From contig CAKNIB010000002.1 in the NCBI GenBank assembly GCA_930979925.1, forward strand, positions 46,910 to 110,909: DNA of 64,000 nt. The letters run 5' to 3'. The position numbers and the translations under genes were made by a program. Below the pieces are notes generated by a model. That model did not search any database and was not told the origin of the DNA. It saw only the letters and a list, made by a program, of their open reading frames with translations. This DNA is from an uncultured Clostridia bacterium (GTDB lineage Bacteria > Bacillota > Clostridia > Christensenellales > UBA1242). Below, one piece after another: positions 31,060-40,127 of the stretch; positions within the stretch are counted from its first letter, which is position 1; each line of letters starts with the position of its first letter.

Positions 31060-31386
31060 TTATTTTGCATGTTTTTTATACTCTTTTCCGAAATCTGCAA
31101 GGGCGTTTATTATGGGGCGCATTTTTTCGCCTAGTTCTGTCAAAGAATACTCTACCCTCAATGGTACTTCGGCATAAACCTCGCGCTTTATTATGCCGTC
31201 CTCTTCCATTTGTTTTAAATTTTCAGTTAACACTTTAGGGCTAATTCCGTCTATCCCGTACTGCAAGTTTTTGTATCTTACCTTCCCCTGCATAAGGTCG
31301 CGCAAAATAAGTGGTTTCCATTTATTCCCAATAAGTCCGACCGTTGTCGCTACTGGGCACTCCGGCAATTCTTCTTTTCTTAGCAT
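31060..31386 (-). CDS. HxlR-family winged-helix transcriptional regulator
   Basis: CPV...IGNKWK..IL..L...RY..L......ISPKVLTENLKQMEEDGII.R pattern. Confidence 0.9.
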   Translation of the reverse strand: MLRKEELPECPVATTVGLIGNKWKPLILRDLMQGKVRYKNLQYGIDGISPKVLTENLKQMEEDGIIKREVYAEVPLRVEYSLTELGEKMRPIINALADFGKEYKKHAK

Positions 31387-31399
31387 AAATCCTCCTTAA

Positions 31400-31464
31400 T
31401 ATACTTACTTACAAAAAGATACTTAGGTTACAAAAATGCGCATATGCACTTTTAGTAAGTATAC
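31400..31464. promoter_or_regulatory. Inverted repeat, candidate HxlR operator
   Basis: tatacttacttacaaaaag (31400-31418) against cttttagtaagtatac (31449-31464), in the divergent intergenic region. Confidence 0.4.
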
Positions 31465-31526
31465 ATGCTATAATACCACTGACAAACAGAAAAGTCAACA
31501 ATGTTTGTTTAAAAGGAGAAAAGAAT

Positions 31527-31840
31527 ATGAAAGAGTTAAAACAAATTAAATTACAAAAGGGAGAGATAGAGCTTTATGACTTCGGAGAGATAAAATTACA
31601 CGCCTACAAAACAAATGACCCGCTTGCTGACGAGGTATTTATTGTCGAGAAAAATGGCAAAGTGGTTGTAATTGAAAGCCCTTGCTTCTATGACAATAGA
31701 TTGCTTATCTAGAAGATTTAAAAGCTATTGCAAAAGCCTCAAAAAATGGTAAAGAATTTAAAACAATTGTAAAAAATAAATACCCAAATTATTCTGGAGA
31801 AAATTATCTTGATATGACAACAGATTATTTCTTTAATTAA
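31527..31840 (+). pseudogene. Internally deleted remnant of a conserved gene (possibly MBL-fold hydrolase)
   Basis: About 58 N-terminal codons run into a stop. A C-terminal tail (LEDLKAIAK...DYFFN) is readable in another frame. Confidence 0.4.
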
Positions 31841-31894
31841 TAAAATAAATTAATAAAAAATTATTAAAAAAATATAAAAAATTATTAATATAAT

Positions 31895-31945
31895 ACAAAA
31901 AAAGACGGATTTACAGATTTATTATCTATTTTCCGTCTTTTTTAA
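31895..31945. terminator. Bidirectional terminator hairpin
   Basis: aaagacgga...tccgtcttt, flanked by A-runs and T-runs. Confidence 0.5.
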
Positions 31946-31987
31946 TTAATTAAACAATATTTTTGTTTAAAATAAAATTATTTATTT

Positions 31988-32251
31988 TTACTTAAGATTT
32001 TTTATATTTTCAAGCCATTTGTCTATTACACTTTCTTTGGTTGCTAGGCTTTCGCCGTCTGTAGAAAATTCTATGCTAAGTTCATTTTTAACATTACCCT
32101 TGCATAGGCTTTTTATCTCTTTAAAAGTTGAGCCCAGCCAGCCGGCATTGGTAGCAAAAGGTATAACTATTTTGCCTGTAAAGTCATGCTCTTTTAATAA
32201 TGTCCTAACAGGAGGCGCAATTGTATACCACCAAACAGGCGAACCTAACAC
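31988..32251 (-). pseudogene. 5-prime-truncated flavodoxin-family gene
   Basis: The ORF has only the C-terminal part (..DDYDVIVLGSPVWWYTIAPP..). There is an in-frame stop immediately upstream and no N-terminal FMN-binding loop. Confidence 0.6.
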
Positions 32252-32253
32252 AA

Positions 32254-32700
32254 TTACATCGTAATCGTCAAGATTAACGTTAAGTTGGTATTTAGCATTT
32301 TAAGGTAGCTATTGCCTTTAAAATACTTGGCAAAGTTGACATTAGGCTCGCCAAGCCCGAATAGTGAGTCCGAGTTATTTGCCTTGCTATCTGCATATAC
32401 CTCTCTCACCATTGGAAAAACTGCCCATGCATTAGGCCAGCCAACATAGAAAGCAAGGTGCGTTATCATTTCAATCATCTCTTCCTTGGTAACTCCGTTA
32501 TTCTTTGCATTTGTAAGGTGCGATTTTAAAGAGTTATCAAAATTCCCTTGCTCATAAGAGCGGTAACTGTAATCATGCTTCGGTCGCGAAGAGAAAGTTT
32601 ATCCTCGCGCGCCCAAACCTCTCCAAATAACACATCGTCATTAAGCTGGGCAAACTTAGGCGCTAAGTCCCCTAAATTATCTCTTCCTGCAGTTTGTTTT
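32254..32700 (-). pseudogene. Frameshifted carboxymuconolactone-decarboxylase-family gene fused to a truncated cupin N-terminus
   Basis: MKKQTAGRDNLG...ALMSKG runs into a stop near 32538-32550. The same family resumes in another frame (NFDNSLKSHL...ITHLAFYVGWPNAWA), then a cupin-like FGLGEPNVNFAKYFKGNSYL breaks off. Confidence 0.6.
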
Positions 32701-32701
32701 T

Positions 32702-33076
32702 TCATCTTGTATCTCCTTTTAACTTATTATTCCCATTTTCATAAAGTAAATTTATTTTATAGTCTAGTCTGTCAATAGCTTTTTTAAGCTCGTCTGCCTT
32801 CTGAGCCAAATTGTTTCTTTGGTCCTTCAACAATTTGAGACGCTCCTCTTTAGTGCTTTCGCCTTCGTCAAGTAGCTTTAGATACTGGGCAAGGATTTTA
32901 ATAGGAAGTCCAGCACTTCGCATACATTTGACAAACTCAATGTTTGCAATCTCCGCCTCGCCATATTGTCTTATACCGTTTTTTCTAGTAACCGGACGAA
33001 TTAACCCGACTTTTTCGTAATATCTTAAAGTATCTTCGGCAATCGAATATTTTTCGCTTACCTCTTTGATAGTCAT
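32702..33076 (-). CDS. MerR-family transcriptional regulator
   Basis: N-terminal HTH (MTIKEVSEKYSIAEDTLRYYEKVGLI) followed by a coiled coil. Confidence 0.9.
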   Translation of the reverse strand: MTIKEVSEKYSIAEDTLRYYEKVGLIRPVTRKNGIRQYGEAEIANIEFVKCMRSAGLPIKILAQYLKLLDEGESTKEERLKLLKDQRNNLAQKADELKKAIDRLDYKINLLYENGNNKLKGDTR

Positions 33077-33097
33077 ATTTTATCCTCCTATGTTAAT

Positions 33098-33128
33098 ATT
33101 ATAAAACTTGGAGTAAACTCCAAGTCAA
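33098..33128 (-). promoter_or_regulatory. MerR-type promoter with 19-bp spacer and perfect dyad
   Basis: The minus strand reads TTGACT, tggagtttactccaagttt, then TATAAT. The dyad is CTTGGAGT-AA-ACTCCAAG. Confidence 0.7.
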
Positions 33129-33319
33129 GCAAATTAAAAAAGATTTAATAAAAAATTAAAATTTTAAGTTGTATTTATTATATTTTAGTATTTAATTTAT
33201 ATAAAGAAAAATTATTACAAAAAATCAGCTATTAACGGCTGATTTTTTGTAATTTTATCAATTTTTACGTGATTTTTATTGTAATTTAAGCATTTTTTAT
33301 TAATATAAAACAACTTATC

Positions 33320-33533
33320 AGGCTGCAGAAAAACGAGCGTAGGCTTGTGCTCGGAGTGGCTTAGCCACTTTCTAGAGGTCCCCGAAAATGCTTGACATTT
33401 TTGGGGATAAGGAAAAAGCGAGCGTTTCCGCAAATGTTTTGCATTAGCAAAACTTGCATAAGCGTAGTTTTTGACGCAACGCAGCAAGAAAAATTATTTT
33501 TAATTTTTCGGTCGCGACGTTTTAATGTAGCCT
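33320..33533. repeat. Second copy of the MITE-like element
   Basis: Left end caggctgcagaaaaacgagcgtaggcttgtgctcgga matches 146-181. Right end gcgacgttttaatgtagcctg is the inverted counterpart. Confidence 0.5.
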
Positions 33534-33538
33534 GTAAA

Positions 33539-35590
33539 TTATATCTTTTCAGCGACTTTCCACGCACGCCAAACTACAGTTCTTAAATTGCCAACTGAGA
33601 GCGCGTCACCTACTATGTGAACGTGTTTTGAAGGTTTTGCAATTGGCGCTGGATTATAGCCTATTGCAGTTATCACGCTGTCCGCTTTAATCTCAACTTT
33701 GTTTTTATCTTTGTCTTCTATTAGCACGCTTTCGTCTTTTATCTCTAAAACTCTGCTTTCAAGATAAACTGGCACATTTTTATACTTAAAGTAGTCGCGC
33801 AAATATGAAGAGTTTGCAAGGCAGAGACCATTTGCAATCATAAGGTCATTTTGCGCCTCAACAATTATTGGATGTTTACCTTTTAAGAAAAGCTCATAGG
33901 CAATTTCGCAACCGCTTAAACCGCCACCGATGATAACCACATTTTCACCAACTTCTTTGCCGTTGAGATAATCTATTGCCTCAATAGCTTTTTCTACTCC
34001 GCTTATAGGCAATTTTTTAGGTTTTGAGCCAGTTGCAATAACGATTTCATCGGCGACAATATCTTTAAGGTTGGTAATTTCGCTATTGTACTTTACCTCT
34101 ATATTTAGTTTGTCAATCTGTCTGCGGTACCAGTCGAGGAGCATTTTATCCTTTTCTTTAAAACTTGGCATGGATGCAGGTATAAATACGCCACCAAGTC
34201 TATCAGTCTTTTCATAAATTGTAACCTTATGACCTCTTAAGGTGGCAATACGTGCAACTTCCATTCCGCCAACTCCGCCACCGATTACCGCAACAGTCTT
34301 TTTCTTTTTAGCTGGGATAATATCAAATTTATGATTTTGCATGGTCTCTGGATTTATTGCACAGCGCGACATATGCTTTGTGTCATTCATAGAACCAGCA
34401 TTCGCTACCCCCTTGTAATGAGAGATTGGGAAACAACCATTATGGCAACAAATACAAGGCATGATATCCTCAAGCCTATCTTCCATAAGTTTGGTTACCC
34501 AGTGATGGTCGGTCAAGAACTGCCTAGCAACGCCCATAGCATCAATATCGCCCGCTTTTATTGCTTTAGCGGCTACGCCAGGTTCCATTCTACCAGCGCA
34601 AACAACAGGGATATCCACCGCCTTCTTAACCTTTTTGACATCTTCTAAGTTGCAGTTTTCAGGCATATACTCAGGTGGATGTGCCCAGTACCAAGCGTCA
34701 TAGGTGCCATTATCTGCGTTGAGCATATCATAGCCCGCCTCTTGAAGATAACGTGCTGCCTTGATACTCTCCTCCATATCTCTTCCGACCTCGGTATATT
34801 CCTCGCCAGGAAGAGCGCCTTGATAGAAACCTTTTGTTTTGCTTACTGCCGAGTATCTTAGCGAAACAGGATAGTCACTACCGCACTCAGCTTTGATAGC
34901 CTTTACAACTTCTACTGGGAAACGGTAGCGATTTTCAAAACTCCCGCCATACTCATCGGTACGATTGTTTGTGTATTTAGTAGTAAATTGGTCAAGAAGG
35001 TAGCCTTCATGCACAGCGTGAACCTCAACGCCATCAACGCCTGCCTCCTTGCACATCTTAGCAGTTTTCGCAAAAGCCTCTATCATCTTTTGTATTTCTT
35101 TTTTGGTTACGGCACGTGTTAAAACACCCTCCGCCCACCTTGATGGCAATTTGCTTGGTGATGCACAAAGATATTGTACGTCAATGATAGGTTTAACAAG
35201 TGCATTTAGTGCTCTGTGTTTAAGCATTGGAACAAGTGCGTTTGGTATGGAAAAGCTTCTACCAAAGCCAGCCGTCAACTGCACAAACAATTTAGCACCC
35301 GTCTTGTGCAACTCCTCCATATATGGTTTTAATTTTTTAAATGATTTTTTACTTTTATAAAGCCACTGTCCACCTATCAAATTTTTTAAAGGTGCAATAC
35401 CAGGTATTATAAGACCAACATTGTTCTTTGCAAGGTCCATAAAAAAGTCGGCAGCGTCCCTATCAAAGTGATGAGGTTCCATCCAGCCAAACAGTGATGT
35501 TCCGCCCATAGGACAAAGTACAATCCTATTTTTAATTTCAACATTGCCAATCTTCCAAGGTGTGAAAAGTGGCTCAAATTTTTTATCCAT
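33539..35590 (-). CDS. OYE-family NADH:flavin oxidoreductase fused to an FAD/NAD(P)-binding domain (2-enoate or 2,4-dienoyl-CoA reductase type)
   Basis: 683 aa. TIM-barrel OYE N-terminus, Cys cluster CICCHNGC, and two GxGxxG Rossmann motifs (VIGGGVGG, IIGGGLSG). Confidence 0.9.
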   Translation of the reverse strand: MDKKFEPLFTPWKIGNVEIKNRIVLCPMGGTSLFGWMEPHHFDRDAADFFMDLAKNNVGLIIPGIAPLKNLIGGQWLYKSKKSFKKLKPYMEELHKTGAKLFVQLTAGFGRSFSIPNALVPMLKHRALNALVKPIIDVQYLCASPSKLPSRWAEGVLTRAVTKKEIQKMIEAFAKTAKMCKEAGVDGVEVHAVHEGYLLDQFTTKYTNNRTDEYGGSFENRYRFPVEVVKAIKAECGSDYPVSLRYSAVSKTKGFYQGALPGEEYTEVGRDMEESIKAARYLQEAGYDMLNADNGTYDAWYWAHPPEYMPENCNLEDVKKVKKAVDIPVVCAGRMEPGVAAKAIKAGDIDAMGVARQFLTDHHWVTKLMEDRLEDIMPCICCHNGCFPISHYKGVANAGSMNDTKHMSRCAINPETMQNHKFDIIPAKKKKTVAVIGGGVGGMEVARIATLRGHKVTIYEKTDRLGGVFIPASMPSFKEKDKMLLDWYRRQIDKLNIEVKYNSEITNLKDIVADEIVIATGSKPKKLPISGVEKAIEAIDYLNGKEVGENVVIIGGGLSGCEIAYELFLKGKHPIIVEAQNDLMIANGLCLANSSYLRDYFKYKNVPVYLESRVLEIKDESVLIEDKDKNKVEIKADSVITAIGYNPAPIAKPSKHVHIVGDALSVGNLRTVVWRAWKVAEKI

Positions 35591-35736
35591 ATTCCCTCCA
35601 AAATAGATTTATAAGAATATTATAATTAATTTTCAAATATTTACAAAGTAAATTAAAAAAGTAATACAAAAAAGCAGGAGTAATTTCCATCTTTTTTTAG
35701 CTAAATAGAGGTTTTTGTCCTGCTTTTAATTTTATG

Positions 35737-37959
35737 TTATGCGGTTTGGAGCGACTCAAGTCCAAGCACAGCGCCTACTTGGCATGATGCGTTTATAGGA
35801 TAAACAAAGTATAATAGGTCGCCATCTAAGTGATTAGCCGTACCAGCATCATTTAAGAAAGTAAGATTGCTTCCATTAAATAATGATGCATCGCCTGCGT
35901 TTGTCATAAATATTGGTGCCCGATTTCCACCAGCAGTTAAAGCTTGATCAACGATAGTGCTATAGGTAGAGAATGGTACGTTGTCTGCGCCAGTTTCACC
36001 CCAAGCAAAGTCGCCATACACGTGATCTTCTCCGCCTAAATATCCTTGATCCATGATAAGACAAATTAGGTTGATATAATCGTTAGTAGAGCCATTAACC
36101 TCGCGCTCGTAAAGCATAGTGTTTTGATAAGCATTCAGCACTGCATCAAGTCCTATCAGCTGTGTAGCGATTTGAGATGCGCCTGTCTGCATTGCAAACC
36201 AAGCTTCGTTACCTGCAACGTAATTTTCAATTATTGTATTTTCGTCCACTGTTACGCCACCGTAGCGAATATCTTCTTCTGAAACATTGTCATCTTGTGC
36301 CTGGTCAGCGTCGCTAACAAGAAGGATTGCAGGACCACCAAAACGTTTAAACTCAGAGTTTTGTATGGTATTATCGTCAGATGCAAATGAGAAGAAAGCA
36401 GAATTGAAGCAGTCATATGTCTTTACATAGTCTAAATGCATATTGCCTACATCGTTAAACTGTGTGCTCTCTGGGAACCATGCAATAAGGTATTCTTTTG
36501 CGATACAATTGTCAATATATGTTGTTCCATGTATTGATTTTACAAAGATAAGTCCGCCAGATGCTGTAAGAAGCTCGTTTTGGTCTGTGCCTTCACCGGC
36601 AGAAAGTACATTGCCAGTATTGCCGATGGTATTAATATTCTTAATCGTTGCTGTGTGAGTTGACGAGTTGTCTAATAGCCCGCTAAAGGCAAATACTGTA
36701 GAGTGCCCTGCATCGTGGTCGTTAAGACTGGTGTAGACAAATCCATCCTTTCTTGTATTTGATAGACCTACTGGGATATCGCTTAAATTAAGCATAAAAT
36801 AGTTGCCGTTAATAGTAAAATCATCGTCAAGTAGGTGAGAGTATAAGAAGGTAAAGTCACGAAGAGAGCCTTGAGCGTAAGAACTTTCCTCTGGAGAGAT
36901 GAAGAATATTTCTGGAAGGTCAGTTGTTGTCACCGAAATATTGCTATGGAAATATATTCCGTTGATAGCTGATAAATCTCCGCCAATTTTGTCTTGAAGA
37001 TACTCTTCCCAAATTGTGTAAAAACTTCTTGACTCATAACCGCTAGCGCCTGGGAAGATAGCTTGAGATGTTGCTCTTGCATAGCCTGTTGGGTCTACAT
37101 CTGTGATGTTTATTCTGGCAAGGTCGAGCGCGTCATAGGCATTCCAGCCATCCTCAACCTTAAAAGTAAAGGTAATTGGGTCAATTGTAGTTCCGTCAAG
37201 ATATTTATCAAAGTCGGTCATTGTCATGGAAATCTCAAAAGTATTGCCAATCGCTTTCTCAGTAAAATCAAACTCAAAGTTATCAAATACATAGTAGCTG
37301 TCATCATCTGTCACGCTAGCTCTTGTATTGTCGCCGAGCATATATACCTCAGCGTCAACATTATAGTTTGTTGGCACTATAAACTGACCAGTACTTTTCT
37401 CGCTAAAAGTAACGTCAGGTTTAAACCTAAAACCATTATCATCGCCTATTGTGTAGACTTCGGTTGTGTTATAGAAAGAGTCCTCGGCGCCTGTTGCTGA
37501 TATGTTATTGTTGTATGTAGAAACAAATTGAGGCTCGAAAAAGTTTATAACATCATAGATAAGGTTTTGATTGTCAGATACGGTAATTGTTCCGAGAGTT
37601 AGCTCCCCGTCAAAGCCAAGAACCACGCAGGTTATATTGTAACTTCCTATTGTAAGCTCTCCTGCTGGCATAGAAGAAAGTCCGTCAGTGTAGATAATAA
37701 ACTGAGTATTCTCTTGCGCGTTTTCTACTGGAACGTCAATCTCCTTTACTGTCAAAGTCTCGCTATCTTCATTGTCATAGACAACATCGACAGTTACGTC
37801 ACTAAAGTTTACAGTATCTGTAACATGATAATAACTTGGCAAATTGTTTACATTGTAGCTCTCAATAGCCTCAGGGTCCTTTTTGCCACAGCCGACAGTT
37901 AGAACTCCAACTAAGGTTAGCATGCAAACGCAAGCCAAAGATAATAGTGTCTTTTTCAT
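35737..37959 (-). CDS. Large lipoprotein, function unknown
   Basis: Signal peptide with lipobox LTVGC. 740 aa. Confidence 0.75.
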   Translation of the reverse strand: MKKTLLSLACVCMLTLVGVLTVGCGKKDPEAIESYNVNNLPSYYHVTDTVNFSDVTVDVVYDNEDSETLTVKEIDVPVENAQENTQFIIYTDGLSSMPAGELTIGSYNITCVVLGFDGELTLGTITVSDNQNLIYDVINFFEPQFVSTYNNNISATGAEDSFYNTTEVYTIGDDNGFRFKPDVTFSEKSTGQFIVPTNYNVDAEVYMLGDNTRASVTDDDSYYVFDNFEFDFTEKAIGNTFEISMTMTDFDKYLDGTTIDPITFTFKVEDGWNAYDALDLARINITDVDPTGYARATSQAIFPGASGYESRSFYTIWEEYLQDKIGGDLSAINGIYFHSNISVTTTDLPEIFFISPEESSYAQGSLRDFTFLYSHLLDDDFTINGNYFMLNLSDIPVGLSNTRKDGFVYTSLNDHDAGHSTVFAFSGLLDNSSTHTATIKNINTIGNTGNVLSAGEGTDQNELLTASGGLIFVKSIHGTTYIDNCIAKEYLIAWFPESTQFNDVGNMHLDYVKTYDCFNSAFFSFASDDNTIQNSEFKRFGGPAILLVSDADQAQDDNVSEEDIRYGGVTVDENTIIENYVAGNEAWFAMQTGASQIATQLIGLDAVLNAYQNTMLYEREVNGSTNDYINLICLIMDQGYLGGEDHVYGDFAWGETGADNVPFSTYSTIVDQALTAGGNRAPIFMTNAGDASLFNGSNLTFLNDAGTANHLDGDLLYFVYPINASCQVGAVLGLESLQTA

Positions 37960-38051
37960 ATTTTCTCCTTTTAACTTTAATTATTGTAACATATTATTTG
38001 TAAAAATCTAAACAAATAACCAACAATTCTCAAAAAAATTTTATAATGTTA

Positions 38052-38477
38052 CTATCTACACACTATTGTAACACTATCTGACAGCTTAGAGCCGTCCGTG
38101 CTTGTTATAGTAAGCCTTACTGTACGTCTTGAGTAGAACACCACCTCGCCTGTCACTGAGACCTGTGCGTAATAGGCGGTTTCTCCCTCTTCATTTGTGT
38201 ATGTGTTGTTTATAAGCGAAAAACTTACTCCGTCAGGATAAGAGGCATTTGACGGTGCATAGTCGTACTCTATAACAACACTTGCATAGCCCTCTGAGTC
38301 ATTAAAATTGATGGTCAGATATTTGTTTTGATTGACCAGTTGGTCATAGCTTGTAATGCTAAGTGAGGTCATATACACTTGAAATTGGTCGACAGAAATT
38401 TGTAGCCCAAAGAATGAAACGACTACAATTGATATTAGATAAAGCACTGCTATCAAAAATATTACCGACTTTTTCAT
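38052..38477 (-). CDS. Small membrane-anchored protein
   Basis: 141 aa with an N-terminal TM segment. Abuts the permease gene. Confidence 0.6.
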   Translation of the reverse strand: MKKSVIFLIAVLYLISIVVVSFFGLQISVDQFQVYMTSLSITSYDQLVNQNKYLTINFNDSEGYASVVIEYDYAPSNASYPDGVSFSLINNTYTNEEGETAYYAQVSVTGEVVFYSRRTVRLTITSTDGSKLSDSVTIVCR

Positions 38478-40121
38478 TTAAATCTCCTTGTATAAGACCT
38501 TTGTCTTGTAGTAGAACAAATATATCCTAAGCAGTAAAAAAGCTAGGCTAAGCACAAAAAGTTTAATCCAGACGCCACCAAGTCCGTCCATTAAAAAGAA
38601 TAATACAAGTCCGAAGAAAATTAAGCTTAACGCAAAGGCTAGAATGGTTGATTTAACTTCATTAGAATTTACTGTGGCAGAGCCCTCAAGCGCGTATTTA
38701 TCACCCTTTGGATGAAGAAAGTCAAACTCAGCGCTCCAAAGCAGATGTGCAAGCATTATAAACCACAAAATAAAGAAGATTAATATTCCATTTGCACCAA
38801 GTCTTGAGCTTGACAAGAATATCGAGCTTGTAACTATTAAAATAAGGGTGCTTGTTACAAAGTTATAAAATAGATATGGTAGCAAAATTTGTAGTGGCTT
38901 TTTAGGCTTAGTTTTATTAAGTACATTCGCCCGTCCATCTCTGCTAAATATGTAAGAAACGCTGATATTGTGGGCAAGGATAAATAGCAAGATAACCAAA
39001 ATATTAAAAGATATAGTAAGATAATCGCCCATTAGTCTTGTATTAATTGCAGAATAAATGGTATTTAATAGTAGTATAGCAATTGGCGCTATGATTGCTG
39101 TTGCAGTAGTTACCGTTAGAACGCTAGGGTTTCTTATTGATTTTTTACTTTCATACAAACAACTTGAGAAAAAGCCGTTGTAGCTATAGTTAGGCTTGCT
39201 TTTCTTGCGAAAGTTTTTATCAAACTCAAATTGACGTGACGCCATTTTGAGATATAGCGGTCGAGAGATTAAGAAGTTAAGTAGTACAAGCACAGCAATT
39301 ACCGCTAACATGACTAGTAAGACGATATATGAGTATTCGGTAAAAAAGTTGACTCTTAAGTTCTCATATTGTCCGCATAAAAAGATTATAAATGCATAGA
39401 AAATGAAAAACTTATCGCTAAACCAGGCTAAAAACTCTCTAATTGCTTGAGATATAGAGCGCCAACTTTGTATTAGATTGATATCTTCAGGGATGGCGGT
39501 TAGTGCGAAGACGACCATAGTTATTATAAGTGCAAGAATGGCTAGCAAAAGAATATATTTTATAACAGGATATCTATTTAAAAACCTCATTATAAAGTTG
39601 ACAGGTAGTGAGAGAAGAGCGCCAATAAGCACAGGTATAAGAGTATAGATTGTTATCATGACGATTAACCAGAGATAATAGTAAGCAGGCAGTCCTGATA
39701 ACATTCCATAGGCGAAAAATATTGGCACAACAAAGGTAAAACTTCTTTTAACCTCATTAATGTAATATACAACAAGTTTTGACAAAAAGAGTGTGCTAGA
39801 GTTTACTGGATAGGTAAGAAATATTTGATTGTCTTTGGCATAATATAACGTTTTACTTAAGCCAACCATACAGGTAAACAGGCTAAACAAAAACATTATA
39901 AAAAATATAACGCTCATAAGACTAAGTGGCAGGTGATTTATTGCAGAAAATATATTTAATCTTTGGAAAATATATAGTACGACATAGGCAAGTGCGGTTA
40001 TCGCAACAAAACCAAGGAGTGCAAAAATAACTTTAAAAAGCAGTTGTTTCTTGCTTTTTAAAAAGGACAAATCTATCTTCTCTTTTAATTGCATTATTAC
40101 AAGCGTTTTAAATTGATCCAT
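38478..40121 (-). CDS. Polytopic membrane protein, putative ABC exporter permease
   Basis: 547 aa with more than 10 TM segments. Lies immediately downstream of the ABC ATPase fusion. Confidence 0.55.
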   Translation of the reverse strand: MDQFKTLVIMQLKEKIDLSFLKSKKQLLFKVIFALLGFVAITALAYVVLYIFQRLNIFSAINHLPLSLMSVIFFIMFLFSLFTCMVGLSKTLYYAKDNQIFLTYPVNSSTLFLSKLVVYYINEVKRSFTFVVPIFFAYGMLSGLPAYYYLWLIVMITIYTLIPVLIGALLSLPVNFIMRFLNRYPVIKYILLLAILALIITMVVFALTAIPEDINLIQSWRSISQAIREFLAWFSDKFFIFYAFIIFLCGQYENLRVNFFTEYSYIVLLVMLAVIAVLVLLNFLISRPLYLKMASRQFEFDKNFRKKSKPNYSYNGFFSSCLYESKKSIRNPSVLTVTTATAIIAPIAILLLNTIYSAINTRLMGDYLTISFNILVILLFILAHNISVSYIFSRDGRANVLNKTKPKKPLQILLPYLFYNFVTSTLILIVTSSIFLSSSRLGANGILIFFILWFIMLAHLLWSAEFDFLHPKGDKYALEGSATVNSNEVKSTILAFALSLIFFGLVLFFLMDGLGGVWIKLFVLSLAFLLLRIYLFYYKTKVLYKEI

Positions 40122-40127
40122 TGACTT

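Noticed and set aside
33215-33586. ORFs of 64-90 aa in the intergenic region next to the reductase gene
   Set aside because: They overlap each other on both strands inside the MITE-like repeat. They have no SD and their composition is not protein-like.
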